The notes beneath the pieces are model-generated. The model was not told where the DNA came from. It searched no databases and was given only the letters and a program-made list of their open reading frames with translations. 64,000 bases of DNA from Desulfosporosinus sp. GTDB taxonomy: Bacteria; Bacillota; Desulfitobacteriia; Desulfitobacteriales; Desulfitobacteriaceae. Numbering within the stretch: the stretch's first letter is position 1; each line of letters begins with the position of its first letter. Made by a program: the position numbers and the translations under genes. Below, one piece after another: positions 35,679-43,665 of the stretch. The DNA is taken from assembly GCA_049302315.1 (NCBI GenBank), contig JBAQLX010000677.1:11425-75424 (forward strand), read 5' to 3'.

Positions 35679-35938
35679 TTGACCCTCTTTTGACCCACTT
35701 ATTTTGGGATAGAATAGTAAAATAGGGTATACACTAAAAATAAAAAAAGTCCTCAAATACCGATGAAATAAGGATTTTTACAGACATCATAAATATAAAA
35801 TTAGTGTGATTTCTTGGTTCGGGACCAAGAGGCCGTGGGTTCGAATCCCGTCGCCCCGACCACTGGTATCAGCGGATCTTCTTAATCGGAGGTCCGTTAT
35901 TTTTATGGGTTTTGACCCTCTTTTGACCCACTTATTTT
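35679..35938 (+). repeat. attP-like site: 27-bp direct repeats flanking a tRNA-derived core
   Basis: TTGACCCTCTTTTGACCCACTTATTTT at 35679-35705 and 35912-35938, each holding two TTGACCC half-sites. Confidence 0.6.
35813..35862 (+). other. 3' portion of tRNA-Pro(CGG): anticodon arm, T-arm, 3' acceptor strand, CCA (att core, not a complete gene)
   Basis: CTTGG-TTCGGGA-CCAAG, GTGGG-TTCGAAT-CCCGT, CGCCCCG-A-CCA. No matching 5' acceptor strand or D-arm upstream. Confidence 0.7.
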
Positions 35939-36150
35939 ATTTCAAGTGATTCTAATAAAATATTATACAGCCTTTTTATTTTGCAGGCTATGGTTTTCGG
36001 AATTTCTCCCGGTTTATTTTCGTATGTTTCCATTTGTGCTATTGACACATCACACCATTTCGCCGCCTCCTCCACCGTATACCCCGCCATTTCCCTCGCT
36101 GCCTTCAATGTAATCTTGTCCATGAAACCACTCTTCTTTCTTTTTTGCAA
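35932..36150 (-). CDS. XRE-family HTH regulator
   Basis: 'LKAAREMAGYTVEEAAKWCDVSIAQMETYE'. Confidence 0.7.
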   Translation of the reverse strand: MQKRKKSGFMDKITLKAAREMAGYTVEEAAKWCDVSIAQMETYENKPGEIPKTIACKIKRLYNILLESLEIK

Positions 36151-36158
36151 TTATGCTA

Positions 36159-36182
36159 AATTTAGGACTAAAGTCCTAAATT
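36159..36182. promoter_or_regulatory. operator-like perfect palindrome AATTTAGGACT-AA-AGTCCTAAATT
   Basis: 11-bp arms with a 2-bp spacer, 9 nt upstream of the XRE gene start, in a divergent intergenic region. Confidence 0.5.
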
Positions 36183-36325
36183 GGAGTATATACCATGCTA
36201 TTAGTCGAAATCGTAAAAACATTGTCGAGTAATAATAAATATAGCCATAAGGCTCTATTTCTCCCTCATCAGGACAAGAAGGATTTTCCATTTTTACGTA
36301 GAAGGACTTCCATGGTGATGGAGAA

Positions 36326-36535
36326 ATGGTCTTAAAGGCTAATAGAATTAAGCAAATTATGAAAAAGCATGGAATCACACAGGTTGATCTTGAAAAAATC
36401 ACAGGAATTGCTCAGCCAGATATTAGCGAAATTGTCTTGGGTAAAAAGGAGAGGCTAACCCTAGTTAACGCGGCGAAAATATCAAAAGCACTTGGCTACT
36501 CCATGGAGTATATCTGGCCCAAATTATTTGAATAG
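36326..36535 (+). CDS. XRE-family HTH regulator
   Basis: 'IKQIMKKHGITQVDLEKITGIAQPDISEIV'; start could be 36326 or 36359. Confidence 0.7.
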   Translation: MVLKANRIKQIMKKHGITQVDLEKITGIAQPDISEIVLGKKERLTLVNAAKISKALGYSMEYIWPKLFE

Positions 36536-36663
36536 GTCAGATATATTTTTTTATTTTTTTAGCATAAATAGAGTGTTAAGGCTATATAGTCTATCATCCA
36601 CCCTACCCCCACCGACACCCTATACCTTACCCACTCCCCCCACCGTCAAACAAAAAGGAGGCG

Positions 36664-36876
36664 ATCACCACGGAAAAGAAAGAGACATTTTGGGCAGATG
36701 AACCGCTCACAGCAAAGCTCGCTACTATCCCGCGAAACGAAAAAAGCACCATCATTAGAATGGCACTCAGGCAGTGGTTCGGGATCTCGGGCAACCAATC
36801 TCTGGCACCAATAACTCAGGACGCAGCGCAGCTCATAGCACGGGAGCTGATTAAGGCTGGAAGGAGGCAGCAATGA
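36664..36876 (+). CDS. possible ribbon-helix-helix-like small protein lacking a canonical start codon
   Basis: Open frame from 36580; AAGGAGG at 36655-36661; 'KKETFWADEPLTAKLATIPRNEKSTIIRMALRQWFG'; stop overlaps the FtsK-like ATG (ATGA). No ATG/GTG/TTG near the RBS (only ATC 36664 / ACG 36670). Confidence 0.3.
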   Translation: MTTEKKETFWADEPLTAKLATIPRNEKSTIIRMALRQWFGISGNQSLAPITQDAAQLIARELIKAGRRQQ

Positions 36877-38249
36877 ACGAAGTAAAACCTGACATCATAG
36901 GCCTATTCTCGTCCACACTAGTCAAAGCCGGCCGCCTTGCCCTCCGGCACATCGGCAGGCAAAGTGACTCACATCCCGGGCGAATAATGCTCTCCTGGAA
37001 GCGGAATGACGTCTGTGTTGAGACGAAGGAACGCGGCAAGGATAATACATCAAAGGAGTACCCGCAGCTCGTCAGTAAGGGCTGGAACGGGCATAATCGA
37101 GTATTTAAGTACCGCATCCCAACCGGTCTAAAACACGACAAACTTATTAAGTCCATCAACGACATTGAATTTGATTTAAAGTCTGAAGTGCTGTTCAAGC
37201 TGCTGGAAAATGACAAAAAAGCTCACTTCTCCTTGACCGTCCTCTCGGGTCACCTTAAAGACCTTATCACGTACACGGACGAAGCGAATCATCTCAAAGA
37301 CAAAGGGTTATGGATACCGTTAGGATGGTCAAGGCGAGGATTGGAGCAATTAGACCTTACCTCCAATAACTCCCCTCACCTCATGATTGGCGGCGGGACA
37401 GGAGCAGGGAAATCCATTCTTGCCCGGTTAATCCTCACAACCCTGCACATCAAATACACCCGGGATGAGGTCAGGTTATGGCTGTGTGATCTCAAGCATG
37501 GCAACGACACCTCTATGCTGGGGGACGATCCTGTGCTGGTTGATAAGGTGATCGTAGGACCTGAAGCTGTGGCAAATACCATGGATGAGTTATCCGCAAT
37601 CATTGGGCAAAGGTATGAAATGTTCAAAACACACAAAGGATGCTCAGATATTAAGTCATTCAACAAGCTCTACCCAACGAAAAGAATGCCGCATATCATA
37701 TGTTTTGTTGACGAATTGACAAAGCTGGAAGGCAAGGAGTTTAGGGAGGCTCGGGAGAAAATGTCTAAGGTAACAGGCGAGGGTCGTGCATCCGGGGTGC
37801 ATATGATCATTAGTTGTCATCGGCCTACGGCTAACCTCGTTTCCGGCACTATGAAAAACAATATCCCTGCGGTCGTCGCGTTCCGGTGTAATCCGGTATC
37901 GGCTCGGGTGCTACTCGGAGAAGATGAATGGGAAAGCTCTATGATGATTGATAAGGACGTTGAGGGCCGGGCGTTATTCAAGTTTAAGGATGAAGTTTTG
38001 ATTCAAGTGCCGTACATTGATGACGAGATGGTAGGGAGTATCATGGCGGCCTATCAAAAGCCACAAAGGGCACAAGCGGAGTTAATAGACAAGATCATCA
38101 AGGCGACAAAAGAGCCTATAGATGAGGGGATAATAAAAAAGAGTAGGAATAGGCAGTTATGCGAACGACCAACCGAAGAAACCCGCTCGCAGCGCGCGAA
38201 ATTACGCCTGGTACAACCACTGGGCACGAAGGGTATCGCGAAGGAGTGA
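36873..38249 (+). CDS. FtsK/SpoIIIE-family DNA translocase
   Basis: Walker A 'GGGTGAGKS', Walker B 'ICFVDELTKL', 'ASGVHMIISCHRP'. Confidence 0.85.
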   Translation: MNEVKPDIIGLFSSTLVKAGRLALRHIGRQSDSHPGRIMLSWKRNDVCVETKERGKDNTSKEYPQLVSKGWNGHNRVFKYRIPTGLKHDKLIKSINDIEFDLKSEVLFKLLENDKKAHFSLTVLSGHLKDLITYTDEANHLKDKGLWIPLGWSRRGLEQLDLTSNNSPHLMIGGGTGAGKSILARLILTTLHIKYTRDEVRLWLCDLKHGNDTSMLGDDPVLVDKVIVGPEAVANTMDELSAIIGQRYEMFKTHKGCSDIKSFNKLYPTKRMPHIICFVDELTKLEGKEFREAREKMSKVTGEGRASGVHMIISCHRPTANLVSGTMKNNIPAVVAFRCNPVSARVLLGEDEWESSMMIDKDVEGRALFKFKDEVLIQVPYIDDEMVGSIMAAYQKPQRAQAELIDKIIKATKEPIDEGIIKKSRNRQLCERPTEETRSQRAKLRLVQPLGTKGIAKE

Positions 38250-38268
38250 GTGAAGGGGTGAACGAAGG

Positions 38269-38937
38269 GTGAACAAGCTACAGGATCAACTAAAAGGCAC
38301 AAACTGTGTCGCCTATGGACAAAGCAGGGATGAGTATATCGTTAAGCTAATCCAGTCCGGAACAGCCTTTACAAGACAACAAATTGAGCAAATCATAATC
38401 CCTAAACGCAAGTCGTCAAAACGCATTGCGCAGCACTCATTGACCAGGCTATGTAAACAGGAACGAATCAAGCAATGGAAACGAGCTCCACAGCTTCCGT
38501 CGATCTATTACGCTCGAAAGCCACGACAACTGGACCACGTTCTGCTGGTAAACGAAATATACTGCGCGTTGCTTGCCCAGAAAAAGTCTTGGCATGTTAT
38601 CGAGTGGAAATGGAATTACTTAATCCTGGGTGGCAAGGTTGTTGCCGACGCTATGGCCACTATTTACGCTGAGCCGGACCGCAAGGGCCGCCGCGTTGTG
38701 TTTATCGAGGTGGAGCGCAATCCCGGGAAGCGATTCGACAAGCCGGAACAGTATCAGAAGGTTTACGACGCCGATTGGGTCAATGAGGAATGGTCTGTCA
38801 TAAAAAACAATACTGCCATATTCCCTGCTATCCTGATAGTGACCGAAGAAAAGCCTACTATTAAAAGTGACCTCAATTTTATTGTTGCATCGATAGGCCA
38901 AGTGCAAAAAGATGTCTATGGATTATTAAGGAGGTAG
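38269..38937 (+). CDS. replication-relaxation (Replic_Relax) family protein
   Basis: N-terminal wHTH-like region, 'LDHVLLVNEIY', 'VVFIEVERN'; classic pairing with an FtsK-like gene. Confidence 0.65.
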   Translation: MNKLQDQLKGTNCVAYGQSRDEYIVKLIQSGTAFTRQQIEQIIIPKRKSSKRIAQHSLTRLCKQERIKQWKRAPQLPSIYYARKPRQLDHVLLVNEIYCALLAQKKSWHVIEWKWNYLILGGKVVADAMATIYAEPDRKGRRVVFIEVERNPGKRFDKPEQYQKVYDADWVNEEWSVIKNNTAIFPAILIVTEEKPTIKSDLNFIVASIGQVQKDVYGLLRR

Positions 38938-38939
38938 TT

Positions 38940-39167
38940 ATGGGGAAATTGGAAAAGACAGTCTCGAAGGCCACATATGGGATTCTCGGCCTCGCGATGA
39001 AACCGGTTTACGACCAAATGCGAAAAGAACGCAATGAGGAAGTACGAAGATGGAATAAGTCACTGAAACAAGCGGACGAGGATGCGATGATCAATGCCAT
39101 GCAGCCAAGAAGGTTTGATGTACACCAACCTTATGATTCAATTATCCACCAACACCACTTTTGGTAA
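38940..39167 (+). CDS. hypothetical protein
   Basis: ORF only. Confidence 0.5.
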   Translation: MGKLEKTVSKATYGILGLAMKPVYDQMRKERNEEVRRWNKSLKQADEDAMINAMQPRRFDVHQPYDSIIHQHHFW

Positions 39168-39245
39168 TTGTCGCAAAACCATTAATCCTGTCGCAAGGCA
39201 GGATTAAGCCATAATTTGTTGAAAACCTGAATGAAGTAAAGAGAG

Positions 39246-41012
39246 GTGGATAGCTTGAGAATCTTAATAAACAACAAATCACGTGTTTTTTTTATCGGCT
39301 TTATTATGATGTTTTTCTTGTTTTGTAATAGTAATCAAGTGCAGGCAGTAGGACAGGAGGGTGATTATACTTTTATAATAATTGATAACGGGACCTACAA
39401 TTCAATTGAAATAACTGAGTATACGGGCGGGGGTGGTAATGTTTCAATCCCAGGTATATTATTCAAACTACTTGTAACCAGCATCGGCGATAGCGCCTTT
39501 TTCTTCAAAACGATAACTAGCGTTAGTCTTCCAGGTACAATAACAAATATCGGAAACGATGCCTTTTCTCTTTGTAGACAATTAACAAGTATTACGCTCC
39601 CGGAAGGGTTAACGCATATCGGTAACTATGCCTTTGATCAATGTATTGGCTTAACCGGTATAAATATCCCAAAGAGTACAATGAGCATCGGCAATAGCGC
39701 ATTTATGGGTTGCAAATTGACCAGCATTACCCTTAGGTCACCAACAACAATAATATATGATAGCGCAAACACAATTCCAGTCACGACAACGATTATAGGA
39801 TATGACCCGTCTACCGCAAAAGATTATGCTACAAAATATAGCAGAACATTCGAAGCCATTAGCAACAACTCAGCCATAACATCGTCTATCTACACTATAA
39901 GTGGAACAGAGATCACAAACATACCATTTGGGACTTCTAAGGAAACCTTTTTAGCGAATCTGTCCAAAGGAGAAGATCATCAAACGTGGAATACGGTCAG
40001 TCTTAACGATCCCGTATTTAGTAACAATAAAATTATAGTTACCGCTCAAGATGGAACAACAACAAAATATACAACAAAGGTAGACACGATAAGCGAAACG
40101 CTGGTCTTAAGCGATCAATCAACTACTGGATTCAATGTGTCGATAAGCCCAGTGCTTGCCGGCCTAACAAAGGGGAATTTTGTTCTGAGGGACGATGAAG
40201 GCAACGTCGTTAAGATCAACTCAGCAGCAACGATAGATAATGGAGCAAATTACACAATCAGTGCCTTGTTAATTGCTGGAAAAACTTATACGGTAACAGC
40301 AATGAAAACAGATTGCGACTTTGGCTCACCTATATATTTAATTGTGCAATTATTAGCCAATCCCGTGATACAAATTGGGGGAAATCCGAATGATAGTAAC
40401 AGTTTAGGTATATTTATCGGACTGGACAACATTAAGGATTCAAGTGGAAATGTAATTGCTAACCAAAACATTGCTGAATATCAAATCGAAGTAGATTATG
40501 ATCCGGCTAAAGTGACAATACCCGATGCCATTAATGAAACAGGTTCAGGTCAATTTGCCAAGACAATTGACCCAACGGGTAAACTAGTAATCACTTATGC
40601 TTCAACAACCGGGGTAACAGGTTTCGCTAAACTATGCTTCCTTCCAATAATCTTAACGGGGTCTGCCCTTGATTTGACAAGCATACAGGTGAAGTATCTT
40701 AGCGTGATCGATACTAATCAAAATCAGATTAGTGTGGTGAGTATTCCTGATCTGGTATTCCAAAGAGGTAAGATCTTAAATGAAGGACCAGGAGCCTTGC
40801 CAAATATTAATGACGCAGTAGCTGGATTACAATACTTAGCTGGTTTAAAAGAGATAGGTTCAGAATCGGGCCAAATAAACGTGATAAACATGGCCTCAAT
40901 ACTTCAGCCCGAAGAGGGAGCTACCGGCATTAAGCCCAGCGTTAAAGATGTAATAGCTTTGATACAGAAGTTAGTTGGACTAAGAGATGATTCATTCCAA
41001 TTGATTCAATAG
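39246..41012 (+). CDS. secreted surface protein: signal peptide + BspA-type leucine-rich repeats + beta-rich (cohesin-like?) C-terminal region
   Basis: Signal peptide 'NNKSRVFFIGFIMMFFLFCNSNQVQA'; LRR units 'ITSVSLPGTITNIGNDAF / LTSITLPEGLTHIGNYAF / LTGINIPKSTMSIGNSAF'. The cohesin-like call is tentative. Confidence 0.75.
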   Translation: MDSLRILINNKSRVFFIGFIMMFFLFCNSNQVQAVGQEGDYTFIIIDNGTYNSIEITEYTGGGGNVSIPGILFKLLVTSIGDSAFFFKTITSVSLPGTITNIGNDAFSLCRQLTSITLPEGLTHIGNYAFDQCIGLTGINIPKSTMSIGNSAFMGCKLTSITLRSPTTIIYDSANTIPVTTTIIGYDPSTAKDYATKYSRTFEAISNNSAITSSIYTISGTEITNIPFGTSKETFLANLSKGEDHQTWNTVSLNDPVFSNNKIIVTAQDGTTTKYTTKVDTISETLVLSDQSTTGFNVSISPVLAGLTKGNFVLRDDEGNVVKINSAATIDNGANYTISALLIAGKTYTVTAMKTDCDFGSPIYLIVQLLANPVIQIGGNPNDSNSLGIFIGLDNIKDSSGNVIANQNIAEYQIEVDYDPAKVTIPDAINETGSGQFAKTIDPTGKLVITYASTTGVTGFAKLCFLPIILTGSALDLTSIQVKYLSVIDTNQNQISVVSIPDLVFQRGKILNEGPGALPNINDAVAGLQYLAGLKEIGSESGQINVINMASILQPEEGATGIKPSVKDVIALIQKLVGLRDDSFQLIQ

Positions 41013-41018
41013 CAACGA

Positions 41019-41055
41019 AGCCCCCCGGCACACCGCCGAGGGGCTATTTATTTTG
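41019..41055 (+). terminator. rho-independent terminator
   Basis: AGCCCCCCGGC-ACACC-GCCGAGGGGCT hairpin (one mismatch) followed by ATTTATTTT. Confidence 0.6.
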
Positions 41056-41127
41056 CATTATTTTGCAAAAATAATGCAAAAATACCTCAAAAAGGTGTTG
41101 ACTTTTTGCACGTTGTCGTGCTATAAT
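41048..41127 (+). promoter_or_regulatory. operator repeat cluster + near-consensus sigma-A promoter of the 41.2-48.1 kb operon
   Basis: TTATTTTGCA x2 (41048-41067), palindrome GCATTATTTT-GCA-AAAATAATGC (41055-41077), TGCAAAAAT x2. -35 TTGACT (41098-41103), 18-nt spacer with TGn, -10 TATAAT (41122-41127). Confidence 0.6.
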
Positions 41128-41165
41128 TAGTCATAAAGTTAAACAAGGAAAGCGAGGAAATAAAG

Positions 41166-41822
41166 ATGGCAAAGGCAACTGCAAGGATGACGGTAGATGA
41201 AATGATTAGAAAGTTCTGGTGCGAGTTAGCGGAAAAAGACGGCCAGCAAGTAATCCGAATTTCAGGGAAGCCGAGCAAAGCCCAAATGGAGCAATTGAAA
41301 GCCAGCAAGAACGAGATTATAGCCGAGCTGAAAAAGCGTGAAGCAGTAAAACAAGCTCGCGAAGCCACCGAAAAAGCAAAACTTGAAACCGAACTCGAAG
41401 GACTGAAAAACGGGACCATCCTTATTAGTCCCAGTTGGCACGATGGCGAATACCTCATGGGTTACGAAGTATACGGTCAGGCGGCCAAACTACTCGAAGA
41501 AATAGGAGCAGCCAAGTACGTAAGCGGCTGGGGAACACACGTATCAGAAAAGGTAATCAAAGCTCTTGGAAAAGAATTCACCTACCAGACAGCGGTCGAG
41601 CATATGAGGCCAGCCAAGGAAGCAGCCGAAGCCAAGAAAGCAGCAAAAGAAGCTGAACGTCAATCCAAATTTGATCAGGCCAGAGAAACAGGTAAAAAAG
41701 TATTGATCAGAAGCTGGGAAAGCGATTGCCACGATCCTGAAGAAGAATGCAATTTTGATATGAATTTCGAATACGCAATGCCGGATGGAAGTACGGCTCG
41801 TACATGGAATCACACTTGGTAG
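41166..41822 (+). CDS. hypothetical protein (coiled-coil rich)
   Basis: First ORF of the operon; no motif recognised. Confidence 0.6.
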   Translation: MAKATARMTVDEMIRKFWCELAEKDGQQVIRISGKPSKAQMEQLKASKNEIIAELKKREAVKQAREATEKAKLETELEGLKNGTILISPSWHDGEYLMGYEVYGQAAKLLEEIGAAKYVSGWGTHVSEKVIKALGKEFTYQTAVEHMRPAKEAAEAKKAAKEAERQSKFDQARETGKKVLIRSWESDCHDPEEECNFDMNFEYAMPDGSTARTWNHTW

Positions 41823-41881
41823 AAAGGTAGGCCAGCCGGGAGCCATGATACCCGGCAATAAATAAGGAGGAGAAATGCGAA

Positions 41882-42112
41882 ATGGCAAAATTAATTAACT
41901 ATACTAAAGGATTGGTCGAAAACTTTGGAGGGGATGACGTAATTATCGTTAATAAACTTCTCAATGATGGATTTTCTGAACAAATATATATCGGTGAAGC
42001 GAAATTAGCGCTTAATGACGAAAACTTTATAAGCCACCAAAATGAAGAGGTATTGACCATCACAGGTGGCGCAGGTGAATGTTTGTCTGTATTAATTGAT
42101 GGTACCCGCTAG
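41882..42112 (+). CDS. hypothetical protein
   Basis: ORF with AGGAGG RBS. Confidence 0.55.
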   Translation: MAKLINYTKGLVENFGGDDVIIVNKLLNDGFSEQIYIGEAKLALNDENFISHQNEEVLTITGGAGECLSVLIDGTR

Positions 42113-42184
42113 GCCAGAACGGAGCAGGCCCGTTCCTCCCTCTTCGGAGGGAGCCGCTCAAGGGTTGTGAAAGGAGGAAACCAC

Positions 42185-43348
42185 ATGGCTAAATACACAG
42201 TCACCCGCTCCTGCGGCCACGAAGAAACCGTGGCCCTTATTGGCAAAAACCGCGAATGGCGGCTGGAGCACGTCGAGACAAACAAGCTCTGCTCAGAGTG
42301 CTATCAGGAAGATTTAAAGCGTCGCCGCGAGGAAGCGAACAGGGAAGCCGCTGAAGCCGCACGAGACAACAACCTCCCTGTTCTCACGGGAACAGAGAAG
42401 CAGATCCCCTGGGCCGAGACGATACGCCAACGCATCATGTCCGACCTCGACGAAGTTATATATGAAACCCGCGGCAACAAGGGCCGCGATGAGCTTGCGA
42501 TCCAAGAAGCCTATCAAGCGATTAAGAACAAAGCAACCGCGCATTGGTGGATTGATCGCCGTTATATTAAGGGTGAATTTGATCTTGAGACGTTGCTTCG
42601 AAAGGAATACGAATCACTGCGCGTCAATGCAGCAGCTGCCCCCACAAACGAAGTCGCCACCGACACACTGGCCGAATCCACTGTCAGACCTGAGTCTCCC
42701 GTAACCGAAACAGTTGCCGAAATCCGTATTCTCGAGGACATACTCGAAATCAGATTCCCTGAACGCAGGGATGACTTCCGCGAACTTGTTAAGTCGGAGC
42801 TAAAAATGGTATGGTCCGATTATGCATGGAAGCGCAGGATTAATTTTAAGAACGGTACCATAGAAGACCGCGCCGCTGAGGCTGGGAATAGGCTCCTGCA
42901 CAATGGGTTCCCTATCCGGATATTTGATGCCGAGCTACGCGAGAAGGCAATCAACGCCAACTACAAGCCCGAATGCACACGCTGGATCATGGCGCGATCA
43001 GAAGGAAAATACGAAGGTTGGTTGATGATCTCGTGGTCGCGTGACGAAGATCTCTATCGCCGCGCTAAAGCGATCACAGGCGCGAAGTATGATAAGCCGA
43101 ACGTGGTAGTATCGCCCGAGCACTTTGCCGAGGTCCTCGACTTTGCAGAGATGTATAAGTTCGAAATATCGGACGGAGCTAGGGGGGTTGTGGCTAATGC
43201 CAAGGAAATCAGGGATAATTCTATTATTACCAGCGTTGCAGAGCCGAAGAAAAAGGATCGTGCCAACGTTACGAGCACACCGTCAGTGCTGGAAATACCC
43301 ACGGCGGTGGATATTGCGGATGAATTTAGAGATGAGGAGTTGGGCTGA
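42185..43348 (+). CDS. hypothetical protein with N-terminal zinc ribbon
   Basis: Start moved to ATG 42185 (AAGGAGG-N7); 'CGHE...CSECY'. Confidence 0.6.
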   Translation: MAKYTVTRSCGHEETVALIGKNREWRLEHVETNKLCSECYQEDLKRRREEANREAAEAARDNNLPVLTGTEKQIPWAETIRQRIMSDLDEVIYETRGNKGRDELAIQEAYQAIKNKATAHWWIDRRYIKGEFDLETLLRKEYESLRVNAAAAPTNEVATDTLAESTVRPESPVTETVAEIRILEDILEIRFPERRDDFRELVKSELKMVWSDYAWKRRINFKNGTIEDRAAEAGNRLLHNGFPIRIFDAELREKAINANYKPECTRWIMARSEGKYEGWLMISWSRDEDLYRRAKAITGAKYDKPNVVVSPEHFAEVLDFAEMYKFEISDGARGVVANAKEIRDNSIITSVAEPKKKDRANVTSTPSVLEIPTAVDIADEFRDEELG

Positions 43349-43663
43349 ATGAGAAAGTCGCTAGAAGACATTAAGCATATGGTCAAGGCCATTAGTTACC
43401 CCGGAGGTATCCCTGCAGATATTATTGCCCATCACGTTTACTTACTGGATGCTGGACATTCAATCCTCTGCGTATTAACTCAACATTGGGATGATGCCAC
43501 AAAAGGTGACCCTAATGGCTACGAGGTCCCGGTACCGGTCAAGTACGTACTTGAAAAGGGCTATAAAATTAGCGGTGACTTTATAGTCGTTGATGCTCCT
43601 TATGATTCGGATTTTGGATTAGATGTTCCCGATGAATATTACGAATATGAATATGGTGCGTAA
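43349..43663 (+). CDS. hypothetical protein
   Basis: ATG abuts the upstream TGA. Confidence 0.55.
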   Translation: MRKSLEDIKHMVKAISYPGGIPADIIAHHVYLLDAGHSILCVLTQHWDDATKGDPNGYEVPVPVKYVLEKGYKISGDFIVVDAPYDSDFGLDVPDEYYEYEYGA

Positions 43664-43665
43664 CA

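Noticed and set aside
35760-35866. Complete tRNA-Pro gene
   Set aside because: Only the anticodon arm, T-arm and 3' acceptor strand plus CCA are present. The ~25 nt upstream are A/T-rich, with no CGGGGCG 5' acceptor strand or D-arm. I therefore treat it as an att core fragment.
36151-37216. Minus-strand ORFs 36151..36402, 36646..36873 and 36851..37216
   Set aside because: The first spans the divergent regulatory region and the start of the plus-strand XRE gene. The other two are antisense to the RHH-like frame and the FtsK-like gene. None has an RBS or a recognisable motif.
41087-41888. Minus-strand ORFs 41087..41458 and 41544..41888, and plus-strand 41435..41656
   Set aside because: They are antisense to, or out of frame with, the first operon gene (41166..41822). 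That gene has an RBS and sits behind the consensus promoter. The translations of the rejected ORFs are Ser/Phe-rich and low-complexity.
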